A stretch of DNA of 64,000 nucleotides from Syncephalis fuscata S228. Lineage: Eukaryota; Fungi; Zoopagomycota. The stretch is from positions 1 through 64,000 of the forward strand of contig JAHLTZ010000007.1 of the NCBI GenBank assembly GCA_025786725.1, in the 5' to 3' direction. Of the stretch, positions 1 through 12,400 are shown piece by piece; the stretch's first letter is position 1; each line of letters opens with the position of its first letter. The notes under the pieces are model-generated. The model made no database searches. It saw only the letters and a program-made list of their open reading frames with translations, and was not told the DNA's origin. Both the position numbers and the translations under genes were made by a program.

Positions 1-717
1 TGTGATACACACAACACAATATATAATTAGCGCATATTCAGTTAATATACAATACCACTTACTATCTATGGAATTAAGTTGTTTATACACACAGTATATA
101 GCATATAATTAGTATATAGCCGGTTGATATACAATACAACTTACTGCCTATTATATTAAATTGTTGCATACAGTACATGGTATATAATTAGTCTATGTTT
201 ATTGATATACAATAAACTCACAAACTATTAATATTAAATAATTGGTACAATGAATCAATAACATCGTTTAATGTATAGCCAGTTAATATACAATACACTT
301 ACAGCCTATTAATATTAAATAATTGGTACAATTAGCAAATAGCATTGTTAATGTATAACCAATTAATATGCGAATAACTTACGATCTATTAGTATTAAGT
401 AATCGATACACACAGCACACGGCATATAATTAGTGTATAGTCGGTTGATATGCAATATAACTTACAGCCTATTAATATTATTTATTAATGAATATAATAT
501 ATAGTATATAATTAGCGAGTAATTAGTTGATACATAATATAACTTACGCTCTATTATAATCATTAGTTAGCAATATTATTGGTAAGCAAATTTTATGGCA
601 TATTTATTGTTATTGCAACATACCACGACGAACTAAAGCTGATTTAGCATCTACCATGGCTGTACTGGCCACAAGCGCCACGACGATAGTGCAAATGACG
701 GCAATAGAAAGCTTCAT
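1..717 (-). CDS. Microexon-array secreted peptide gene, locus 1 (3' part runs off the left window edge)
   Basis: Exon 1 at 717-624 (94 nt) encodes MKLSIAVICTIVVALVASTAMVDAKSALVRR+G, followed by donor GTATGT. Seven 3-nt exons with AG/GT flanks at 548-550, 466-468, 383-385, 303-305, 222-224, 145-147 and 63-65 (AGC GCT ATC GCT TTT GCA ATA) give ERYRFCN... Confidence 0.85.
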
Positions 718-1035
718 GGTGATATTGATTTGTTGAGACAAACAAATAAAAAAGATAGTAGAGTGTGGTTGGTATAGAGTGGGGAGTAGTGTGTGTTTAA
801 AAAGAAGTAGAGTGTGATGATGATATCGCAGTTGGTTGTGTATATTTTGTGGGCTATTTATACTTATGGTTATGCTGAAATACTGGTATACTGTAGTATA
901 CGAGATATAGTATTGATGTGTAATATGAACCAATAAAACAATCCAAATAATGGTTTGAGGTGCACATGTACCAATAGATTCATGGTATGACATCATGGTT
1001 CCCAGCCTTGAGTTTAATATACTTGGTCTTGATTT

Positions 1036-1514
1036 TAACCTGCCCGGTCTTTACTTCAGCTGCTCGGCATTTACACAGATGACACAGCAATTTCAACGAG
1101 CAGCATGTATGCAATAGAAACATGTACGTCATTCTGTATTTTTTTGTTACACAGTTTAACTATTTGGTAAAAGCAAGATATTATTTGACTTTGTAAAAAC
1201 GACAAAGGCGCCTTTGCTGTTGCTTCCACTGAATAACTCGGCCCTCAATATCCGCATGCATAAAAAATAACGCATAACCTACCCGGTCTTTACTCCAATC
1301 TACTAATCATTTGTACGAATGGCACAATAATGATAATAACTCAGTACATATGCGATAAAAATAGACATATGAGCCTGTATTTTTGTTACACGGTCTAACT
1401 ATTTGGTGAAAACAAGTATACTGTTTGGTTGTGTAAAAACGACAAAAACGCCTTTGCTGTTGCTTCCATTAAATAGCTCAGTCTTCAATATTTGCATGCG
1501 TACAAAATAGCACA
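1036..1514. repeat. Diverged tandem duplication (~240 bp x2) in the upstream region of microexon locus 1
   Basis: taacct(g/a)cccggtctttact...ttgttacac...aactatttggt...gtaaaaacgacaaa..cgcctttgctgttgcttcca recurs at ~1036 and ~1275; there is one copy upstream of loci 2 and 3. Confidence 0.85.
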
Positions 1515-2245
1515 CAGCGCTGACGCAAAAACAAGCTTAACATATTAAATTGGTATTTTATACAGCTTTTTACTGCCCTAAAGCCAGTTATAATTTTAGA
1601 TTATAAAGTGTGTTGATTGATGCGTGTATGCATTTTATTCGACACTATGCCCATTGTTATGGGGCAATCATTGCTTTGAATTTACAAATGTATTACATCC
1701 AAGCATATCATGCCACATATTGTGCAACTACCATCATTCAAATGGCGGCTAGTCCAAATTACCTGGAATCGACTATACAATAAGTACTGATTGTAGGGTG
1801 ATGCATCACAGCATTTTGAGCAATGGAATATTTCAACAAGTCATTTTCGTCATCAGTTTTCAGCTGTAAACTAGATTGGATCGGCTAAACCACAAGCAAT
1901 ACAGTATGCAGACACTAGACTAGACACAAAAGAAGGTACTAATCAAGTACCAGCAATTTCAGGTGCATAATGACTGCGGATTGCATATTAACTGGTAATC
2001 ATCCAAGGCCTAAGTTCTATCCACCTTTCTGAAACCAATCTTGATAAGTTAAGCAAGATAGAATGTAGAAAAACAAGCCAAAGCAGAAACCAATGGAAAA
2101 GCAATTAGCAACTCAAAGGCTTACTGGTTTAGCTTATAGCAAGTCATTATCGCCATACCATGTTAGAATGAGTTTATTAACGATCCAACTATTGATGATG
2201 CAGCTAGAACAATAGCGCTAAACGAAAGTAACGCATGAAAACAAA

Positions 2246-2363
2246 GCATTGTACATAGCATTTAACAAAACTGCAAAATACACACATGCTGTTATGCTTT
2301 GCATTGTACATAGCATTTAACAAAACTGCAAAATACACACATGCTGTTATGCTTTGCATTGTA
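2246..2363. repeat. Perfect 55-bp tandem duplication
   Basis: gcattgtacatagcatttaacaaaactgcaaaatacacacatgctgttatgcttt starts at 2246 and 2301, with a partial third copy at 2356. Confidence 0.95.
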
Positions 2364-3838
2364 TAAGGCGAGTACTTGAGGAGAGGGTGAACGAACGAAA
2401 AGAAATTAGACAATAGCAAATGATATTGACAACAAATGTTCACTTATGAGGTCGTTGACTATTTAAAATTAGGATTGATATAGTTACATATCATAAGCAA
2501 TGATTTCATGTTGGTTTAAGTTATTAAACAGGAGAAAAGGAAAAATTCATTTATTAGATCGAAATGTGTACTCAGAATCATTTATATTAGCCGTTTGTTA
2601 CATAAAAGCATGTACAGCTAAAGCCAATAGTAAAGTAGTATTGACACCATTTTCACTATAAAATATATAGTTTATACTATGTGTAAATACGTAGTAATCC
2701 AATATCAGATGTTGTACTAATCAGATATCAGTTAATTCACTTGACAATAAAAATATCAGGATGTTGTTACGGTACCAGATTACGGTATTATGGTCACATA
2801 ATTATCTACTATGCGATTGATTCATGATATTCACCATGTAATCGAACAACATGCCAATGATAACATGTGAAAATTTACGAGTATACTAAACACTATTATT
2901 AACAATCATAAACAAACAGCCATCCAAGGACATAACCAGTAAACACTTGTTATTTACTAACATATGAGCAATCATATGAACAAGGCTCAAATTCCATTAG
3001 CAATGGTGTTTACTATAAAATACTAGCTTTATTGGAATTATAATAAACACATCAACATATTTGGTTCTATATTATTTTCTCTACTTTAATTGAAAATGCT
3101 ATTCGGCTATTAAAAGCTTAACTGTGGTAACCAATAATTAAAAGGAAAATTATTTTATTTTATTTTATAATAGCATCAGGTTCACGTCATATTAATTCAA
3201 ACAATTAATTAGTAGTCGCTGACGCTTAGGTGATAGAAGTAATTGTAAACAAGACGGTAGCCATTAAGTTGCTAGTTGTTACAATGTAATGCTAAGTTGT
3301 TAACAATCAACAATTATCCTTATATCAATACCAGTACAGTATTATTTCATCATATGATAGTGATAGATTTGTTACTATCCATGGTATATTTTTGAATAAA
3401 CACAGTCAACTTTATTGTCAATAGATAATTACAATATCCGCATTTAACGTTGATATATTCATATCATCCTATGCTTATAACTAATACAATATACTTGTAA
3501 ATGTCTCTTGTTAGTTTGACTAATAATTAATAATTATTGGATGCAAATAGAACATGAGTATAGATATAACAATTCAATTGTATATAGCTAAAATGAAACC
3601 ACAAGTTTATTACTATAAGCTTGCACAGTTGAATAGAAACAACTAGATGCAAGCCTGTTGATAAAATAATGATCCCATTGATTAAAGACTGGATAAACCG
3701 GAGCATTGGCCAAAACTTGATATGTAGATGACTGAATGGCGTAGTTGTCAAATAGTCTTGCATTTCACCGAATATATACCTAAAGTGTGTTAAAATAGTG
3801 GTTTGATTGCACTACCAATGCTGATGTCTTAAAAGCAG

Positions 3839-5312
3839 CTATTGTCCTGTATTTACAAATAAAAATATTACATGTCCTATAATTAACGTATAAGCCATTA
3901 ATATACAATAAAACTTACTGCCTATTAATATTAATTTGTTTATACATAAATTCAATAGCAAGCGCTTAGTAAATGGTCAATGAATATAATGTGGCACTTA
4001 CAGCCTATTAATATTAAAATGTTGATACATATTAAATAACATGTAATTAATGCATAATCAAGTCATATAAAATATCACTTACGAACTATTATATCAAGTT
4101 GTTGATACACACAGTGAATAACATGTAATCAGTGCATAGTCGGTTAGTATACAATGCTACTTACCCACTAATATATAAAGTTATTGATACACACAGTACA
4201 TAGTATGTAATTAGTAAATGGCTAATTGGTGTATAATGCCACTTACTGACTATTATGTTAAATTATTGATACGCATAGTATGCCACACATTTAGTAAATA
4301 ATCAGTTAATATACAATACTACTTACGACCTATTGATGGTGAGTTATTGATACACAGTAAATAGTACGTAATTAGTAAATAGCCAATTATTATGTAACCT
4401 CACTTACCACCTATTACATTAAGTTGTTGATGCACACAGTAAATAGCAAGCGATTAGTGGATTATTAATTAGTATGTAATATTACTTACCACCTAATATA
4501 TTAAGTTGAAAATATTACAGTAAACATCACACAATTAATAAATTATTACTTGATACACAATATAACTTACAACCTATTAATATTAAGTTATTAATGAATA
4601 CAGTAAATAACATGCAGTTAGTGTATAGTCAATTATTATGCAATGCTATTTACCAGCTATTGATATTAAATCATTGATAGGCACAGTATACCGTATTCAA
4701 TTAGTACATAGTTAGTGTGTGTATAATATCACTTACGGGCTTTTTATATTAAATTATTGGTATACACAAGATATAGCATGTGATTAGGGAATAGTCAATC
4801 AATATACAACACCGCTTACGCTCTATTGATACAGAATTGCCGATACACGCAGTACATAGTATATAATTAGTATATAGTTAAGTACTATAGAATATCACCT
4901 ACCAGCTATTAAATTAAGGCATTGATACACATAGTATATAGCATTTAATTAATAAACACTTGCTTAATATATAATATCGCTTACTGGCTATTATATTAAA
5001 TTATTGATACACAATAAATGGTATATAATTAGTGAATAGTCAATTAATATACAATACTACTTACGACCTATTAAGCCAAATTGTCGATACACGCAGTACA
5101 TAGCATGTAATTAGTATATAGCAGACTATTATAGAATGCTACTTGCCGTCTAACACCATAATCAGTTAAGCATAATATTAGTAAATATGATGTTATATTT
5201 ATTGTAATTGCAACATACCACGACGGGCTAGAATTGGATTAGCATCCACCGTGGATATAGTGGCTATAAAAGCCACAATAATGGTACAAACGACGGTAAT
5301 AAAAAGCTTCAT
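3839..5312 (-). CDS. Microexon-array secreted peptide gene, locus 2 (49-aa precursor; predicted mature DGPTEPPGCGGLMVRCRQ)
   Basis: Exon 1 at 5312-5219 (94 nt) encodes MKLFITVVCTIIVAFIATISTVDANPILARR+G. Sixteen 3-nt exons from 5147-5149 down to 3919-3921 (ACG GTC CCA CTG AGC CCC CTG GTT GTG GTG GTC TCA TGG TTC GCT GCA). Terminal exon from 3846 (CAG acceptor aligned with locus 3) gives stop TAG at 3841-3839; the last exon boundary is less certain. Confidence 0.85.
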
Positions 5313-6614
5313 GGCGATATTGATTTGCTAAAACAAACAAATAAAATAGGCAATAAAATGTAATTGGGATAGAGTAAATAGTAGTGGGGGTTTGGCAGAA
5401 AGTAGAGTATAATGATAATACCACTGGTTAGTTGTGTGTATTTTGTGAGCTATTTAAATATGTGTTTACATTGAAGCATCAATATATATATATATGTTAT
5501 GCCATTGACATGCAATATGGACCAATAACAATGCATCTAAATAGTGACTTGAAATACAGGTATGCTAACACATTGATAGCATGCTGATATGCATTCGTTT
5601 TGTTTCAATTTGCCCGCATCTACATAGTTAGCGTAGCAATATCAATAATTCAGTACACATGCGATAAAATCATGCACGTCAACCTGTATTTTCTTGTTAT
5701 ACAGTTGTCTATTTGGCGGAAATTAATGTGATGTTTTATAAAAACGACAATAACGCCTTTGCTATTGCTTTCACCGACTCAGTATTCAATATCTACACAC
5801 ATAACAGGCAGCATGCAACACCAACATAACAACTAGTTTAATACATTAAACTGGTATTTTTATACAAGTATTTACTGCTATACATAAATTAATCGTAGCC
5901 TGAATTATAAAATATACTTGTTGGTTTATATATGCATTCAATTTGGTATAACAGTTGCTTTTACAGAAATAGCCAATATACTGGACTGACAATGCACTAT
6001 ATTCAGGCGTATCATGTCACCTGTGCAATTATCTTCATTTCAAATAACAGATCATCTAAATAATCTGAAAATAAACTGTATAATGAGTACTATTATACTA
6101 TAATGCAGCATGGTATTTCCAACAATAGACCATTCCAGCAAGTCTCGGCTGTTATCAATTTCTTGGCTGTAAAGTAGATTGCATCGGGTATACTACATGT
6201 AATACAATATACAAACACTAGACTAAATACACTAGATGATTCTAGTCAAATATCATCAACGTCGAGCGCATAATGGCAATGAATTGCATATCAGGCAGTA
6301 ATTATCCAGTACCTAGTTAATGCCCAGCACTTTTGAAAAATGACTCTGACAACAAATCAACTTGTCTTTGGAAGAACAGAGTATAAACCAATGAAAAAAC
6401 AGCTGGCAGCACAAACTGATTGCTTTGGCTTTATAGCAAAGTTTATAAAAAAAGCAAGTCACTGTGACTATACTAAGTTAGATTGTATCTATTTGATATT
6501 TAACGGCTACTGATGCAATTAAAAGACTGTTGTTTTATTTCATCTATACCTGCAAATGAACAATAAACTAATACTAAAGCTTTACAGCCAAAGTATCAAC
6601 GCCAAAAGACATAA

Positions 6615-9111
6615 TTATAGCTTGGCACGATTCACGTTCGACTCGGTCCAGCTACCAATCTCACCCTTAATCAATGGACGAATGTAATCATGATAGCCTC
6701 GAATAACACCATCTTTCATCTCGCTGTTGTTTAGTGGCTCGCGTTTAAGACACTCGACCATACGTTCGTAGGCCCGTCCATCGCTCGATCCAAGTGCCGA
6801 ATTAAGCAAAAAGTCAGGCCAGCCATAACTTTCAGCCAAGCCGACAGCATCTGGCCGAATAGCCCGCAGCAAAACACGAACTTCATTGCGAATGAGGTTC
6901 GCTTGATTCAACGATACAAATCCATCTTCGACGAAATCGCCCATATCCTGTTCTATAGTATAGAGATGATAAAGATTCATTAGGCGAATAATGGCCGTTT
7001 GTGTTGCATTAGATAAAGCGGCAAATTTATCACTTTCTAAATAAGCAGCAACACAGTGTGCCACCAAATATTGGCAATAGGCACGTGATGCGCGTAATGA
7101 TTCAACTTGTAAGTCTTCCCATGCAATGCCGCTATGTTTCGCCCGCGCCAACTCGGATACAACACGAGCTGCACGATGGGCATAAGCACAAAGAATCAAC
7201 TCGTGATTTGTAAGATCTTGAGCTGATTGCACTGACCAACGTTGTTGCAAAAACAACGAAGGTTCCACCAATTGACGAAGGAAACTTGTGGTCGATGATA
7301 ATGCATCTAGCTGTCCCTGGTGCACAAATTCAACTTGTTTCAACAAATACTTGGCCGATTGTTGCTATAAATAGCCATGAGTAATATTAAACTTGACCCT
7401 TTCATTAGCTTACCGTAAGTAAATAGTTTTCACCCTCATAAGTATTACTAGGCAAGGATGTATTGTAGTAATCAGGAATACCCGAAAACATGGAGTATCT
7501 ATAACAAATCAATATAAATAATAAGCAACCATGATTAATACTATTATTAATAATACAGCTATATAACTTACCCGTGACCGCCCATACACTTGCGAAGGTC
7601 CTCAACACCTTCTATCGCTACAGTGGTTGTGTAGCTCTTTAGGCCCGAGCTGTAGGCATGCACATCAGCCAACATACCCACATCATTATTTGCAAGCTGG
7701 GCCATTAATTTCTCGTACATCTCCAACATCCACATGCCAGTAAACCGTAAAGCATAGGTTTGAGCAACACGTGGGAAGACACGATACTGCACCATAAGAT
7801 GATCAAGTGTTTGTGGCTCAAGTTGGCCGGGAGCTTTAACGGGACCTTGACGACGTACAGCAAGATAGCGTGTAGCTATAGTACAAGCACGCGAAAGAGT
7901 GACTGCAGAATTCTCGACCAATTCGACACGAACATAAGTCTATAGCCATAAATAAAATTAATATTTATCTGGTGGTCCATCTCTGTTACCTACCATAGCA
8001 CCATAAGCCAATTTATTATGAATTGGTTTTGTGTAGACACCATCACGTGATACTTTAGAGTAACGCATAAGCATATTCTCTCGTGGTACACGGTAATGAT
8101 TAAACATCATAAAACCATTATCCATATTGTTAGCACCCACTTTTGGTCCAATATCATGAATAGTCAATCCAGGGAATGTTTTATGGTTGTCAAGCGATCG
8201 GATAGGCACAAATAGTGGATGTGCACCATAATCACGTCCATCGATAATAAGTTTGGCCACCACAATGGCGTGGGTCGCCGTCTTGCCAAGAGCACCAATC
8301 CAGAACTTTGCTGACTATCATGTATTTACAAGTATTAGCCGTGACTATTGACTAGATAGATAGACTCACCGATAAATGAGGCGAGTGAATAACCCATTCA
8401 TCTGTCGCTTTATCTAATGTAGCTGTGGTCTCTAGACCAGATAGGTTACTACCATGGCCTAATTCAGTCTGAGCATAGCTATTATTACAAAATAGTTAAT
8501 TAAACGCTGAGAATATGCCAGAATAGAATAATACTTGCCATCCAAGAATACGAAGCTGTTTTGCTAGTCCAAGCCATTTCGCTTGTTGTTCATCGCTCGC
8601 TTGCCCTTCAAGTGTTGGTATAAACATATCAGTGTGCAAATAGATCTATTATTATAACAATTATAATATATTAGTACCAATATGTATATATCTATAAAAT
8701 ATAAATAATAACAATGACTACTCAAACTTACTGGCACATATTCATCACTGGCCAATCGAAGTGTATTTACATCAGTACTGGTCAAATTATGTTCATTTCT
8801 TAGTTCCATCATACGACGCATGCGACGTAATCCTTTATCAAAACGCTATATAAAGTATTCATTAGTAACTCTATTTAATTTATTCCATCAAATCAATTCA
8901 ATTCACATACTTCACTGCGGCCCATGAAATAACGATCAGATCGATCAAATACTGGATCCTGTTCAACAAGGCTCATAACCCATTGTTTACGCTTCCAAGT
9001 TGCTTCTCCATTATGAAAGACGTGGGTCAGCTCGTTAATGGGAAATGAGCACTGACGACGCTCATTAGCCAGGTCAGCTGGTTGTTGTTCAAGTGGAGTC
9101 AACGATGCCAT
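6615..9111 (-). CDS. POX1: Peroxisomal acyl-CoA oxidase (multi-exon)
   Basis: Motifs [45 protein letters not shown] and RKCMGGHGY; C-terminal AKL PTS1. Confidence 0.93.
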
Positions 9112-9439
9112 AGTGTTTATATGGTCAGACAACTAGATAGATAGTTCGATAGTTTGATAGATAGAAAGGACAAGCTAGTAATGATAGTACGACACTTGCA
9201 CTGTTTATTATATTCATACAAAATGAAATATTTATATTTACAAGAATGGACCGGCGTGTAACCGTGTCCTGGGGTAATTATCGGCACTAAACTTTCCGTC
9301 GGCGTTTCATGTAGCCGATAAATTCTTTTCTCACATTCACAACTGTTAACATTTATCCGAATACAATTCAGTAATAAAGAATGGCAATAATGATTTTATT
9401 AAATAACAATAATAAAAAGATAATAATATTTCATTATGG

Positions 9440-12400
9440 TTATTCAGTAACGGTTAGTGTAACTTCTAACTGTTGATCGAGTCCAAGGTAACCATCACTT
9501 ATAGCAAATAGTGTAAATTGATACTCACCCGGCGTATCAGGTGCTTCAAATCGTAGTACAGTCGATTGACGTGTACCAGTGGGTGGACGACCTTCAAACC
9601 GTTCTTGCTGAAAGTTAACTCGTTTTAAAGCAATAACGTCATCGGTGGGTGTGTCACCAAGTAGTAGCCACCAACTTTCATATTGTAATTTGGGAAAGTG
9701 TGGCGTGTATGCCCGTCCATCATATTTCTTTTGGTCAGCCACTGATTTGGTCTTTGATGTTGCATCACCACTCTTATTGGATGGATAAAAGAGTCGTTCA
9801 AGCGTAATACGGATTTGTACTAAATCACCTACTCTTACCGAGTCAATTTTTGGTAATTGGATTTTCATAATAGGCAATGCCTCTAGAATAGTTTGAACCT
9901 AATGATGATACATAAATAAATCAGCATAATTATAAATAAATAATAAATATATAGTAAAATTAATTACCGGTCGAGTAAGATCAGGTCGTTGAATACTTGT
10001 AAATAGTGATGAAAGACGAGATGGATTCATTTCCACTAATTCAGCCAATGAACTAATTGATTTCTAATCAGTAGATTTAAGTAAATATTAGTAATAGTAT
10101 GTAACTTAGTGTCTTACTTCATTTAATTGTTCCACGATAGATTGTTCGTCAAGGGGCGGTAGACAGCGCAGTGTTGAATCATCCCATCCACGAGCCTGTT
10201 TAATACACTGTAGCAGATGCATGGCTCGTAGACCAACATTCAGATAGCCCAGTTCACTGGCTACATCCACAAGTGCTTGTAGAATACGCACCGATTGATC
10301 TAGTACAGAAATAGTATCGGTGGCGTAATCAGCTACAGGCAATTCTTGATGCAAGAAATGAGCCTGTATCAATAAAAAGGCCTTCGCATGTGGACTGTCA
10401 AAGCTATGGTTAAGTACGAATAATGGCAAAGATTGGGCCATGTCACGATTTGTAATGTCTTCATTATGACGCACGGGTAGCTCATCGTATTCAGATGCAT
10501 CACAAAGCACACGTAATAGTTCTTCTTGATTCACATGAGCTGAAGCAATACGTTCTTTAAATAAACGCATTGTACGATGTTGTAAATAGTAGAAGGAAGC
10601 AATACGACCCAATGATGTTGCTTGTAGCATAGTATCTATCGAAGTATTCAACGATGCTACCACAACGTCGCTATCTTCTTTAGTTACTATTTCTACACAG
10701 CCTGATTGCTGTAATTCATCGAGTGCTGCATCAATTAATCGCGACAAATACCGATTAACACCAGTAGGCGATGGATCTTCAAGACCATAATACGTTGGAT
10801 TCAGTCCGAGTCGTCGATATAGATAAGTCCACGAAAGATAGTCCATAATGTCCTGTTTGCTCTTTAGTGTTCCTTGGACAATCTCGGCGTTCAAATGGTC
10901 CGTTACATGAAGGTGTAGACTCGATTCAACCGGGAATGGTTCATGTAAGAATTTCTTGTAGAAACTTTTCTTACTATCTTGTACAAAGATACGAGCAATA
11001 CCCGAATTATCAAACTGTGGACGACCTATTTACAACTCGTTATTAATAACTGTTAACGTAACTAATACTTATAATCAAATACTTACCGGCACGTCCCATC
11101 ATTTGCAGTACATCAGTGATGGGGAAATCAACGTAGCCTTTTTGCTTAGCATCATAGAATTCAGTGCCTTTAATAACGACAAGATGGGCTGGGAAATTGA
11201 CCCCCCATGCTAGGGTACTTGTCGCAATCAATATCTGAATTTTACCATTAACAAATAGCTCTTCTGATAATCTACGATCCTCTTCACGTAGACCAGCGTG
11301 ATGCAAACCAATACCGAATCCCAGACATAAGCGTAAATTGACATCATCCACTTGTGTTGATAATAGCATTTGCAATTCTTCCTCAGGCATATGGAGGAAC
11401 TGGCGTGGATTATCCTCCATTGCACAATAGGCCATTAAGTCCTTGGCGGTTAAACGTGTTTGTCGACGTGACGATACAAAGACAATGACCGGCTGCGTTG
11501 GTGAATGTGTTTTAATAGCAGCAAAGGTTGGCTTATTCATTAGCGCCATACGTGGACAGTAGTGTCGACCAGGGAATCCGTCAATATAGATCTCTAATGG
11601 TACAGGCCGTACTGAATGGCGAAAGTTAAATAGGCCCTCATTGCTAATACCTAACCAGTCAGCCAAGTCACGAGCATTGGCCAGTGCAGTGGATAGACCA
11701 ACAATTCTAACTGGTCGGCGTGTCTGGGATCCAATGTAGTTCATACGTGATACAATCACTTCAAGAATGGGGCCACGATCAGCGCCCAATAAGTGGATTT
11801 CATCAATAATAACTAATGAAACAGCACGGACATAGTCACGCTGTTTCCAACCACGACTAATACCGTCCCATTTCTCTGGTGTAGTGATAATGATGTCGGC
11901 AGCTTTAATGGCCGCAATATCTGGTGTGACATCACCAGTTAATTCAACTAATGTTCGGCCCATAATACTGGTAATACGTTTACGCCAATCAACAACACGT
12001 TCACGTACAAGTGCCTTAAGAGGAGCAATGTAAACAACCTTTGAAGCAGGGAATTCACGAAATGCCCACCTAGCATCAATTATTACCAATTAATATATAT
12101 TATAAATAAATACTATATATATATATATACAACTTACCACATGGCTAATTCAGCAGCTACTGTTTTGCCACTACCGGTGGGTGCACCAATCAATGCATTG
12201 GTCGATGAATGATAGAGTGTGTGGAATATTTGAGTTTGTACTGGATTGAAATGAGAAAATCTAGGTCGACATATCTCTTCTAGTAATTCATCTTGTAATG
12301 CAGATACTGGAAGTGGCTGTAGATCAAGTAGATCTGTATGTTGTGGATACATTTCAGGTAGAATAAGATGTTTAAACGAAACAGGCAGTACAGTTTCTGC

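Noticed and set aside
610-996. 128-aa ORF, or an unspliced 35-aa peptide ending RRGMLQ*
   Set aside because: The upstream part is not open in paralogs. GMLQ is read-through of the GTATGT donor, and in locus 2 the equivalent stop is at a different position.
2204-2443. 79-aa minus-strand ORF
   Set aside because: Lies over a 55-bp tandem duplication in AT-rich intergenic DNA; no coding features.
3527-3763. Similar ORFs 3527-3763 and 49769-50134 (IILSTxLHLVVSIQLCK...)
   Set aside because: Different starts and frames in the 5' part and not preserved at locus 4; a shadow of the duplicated 3' flank.
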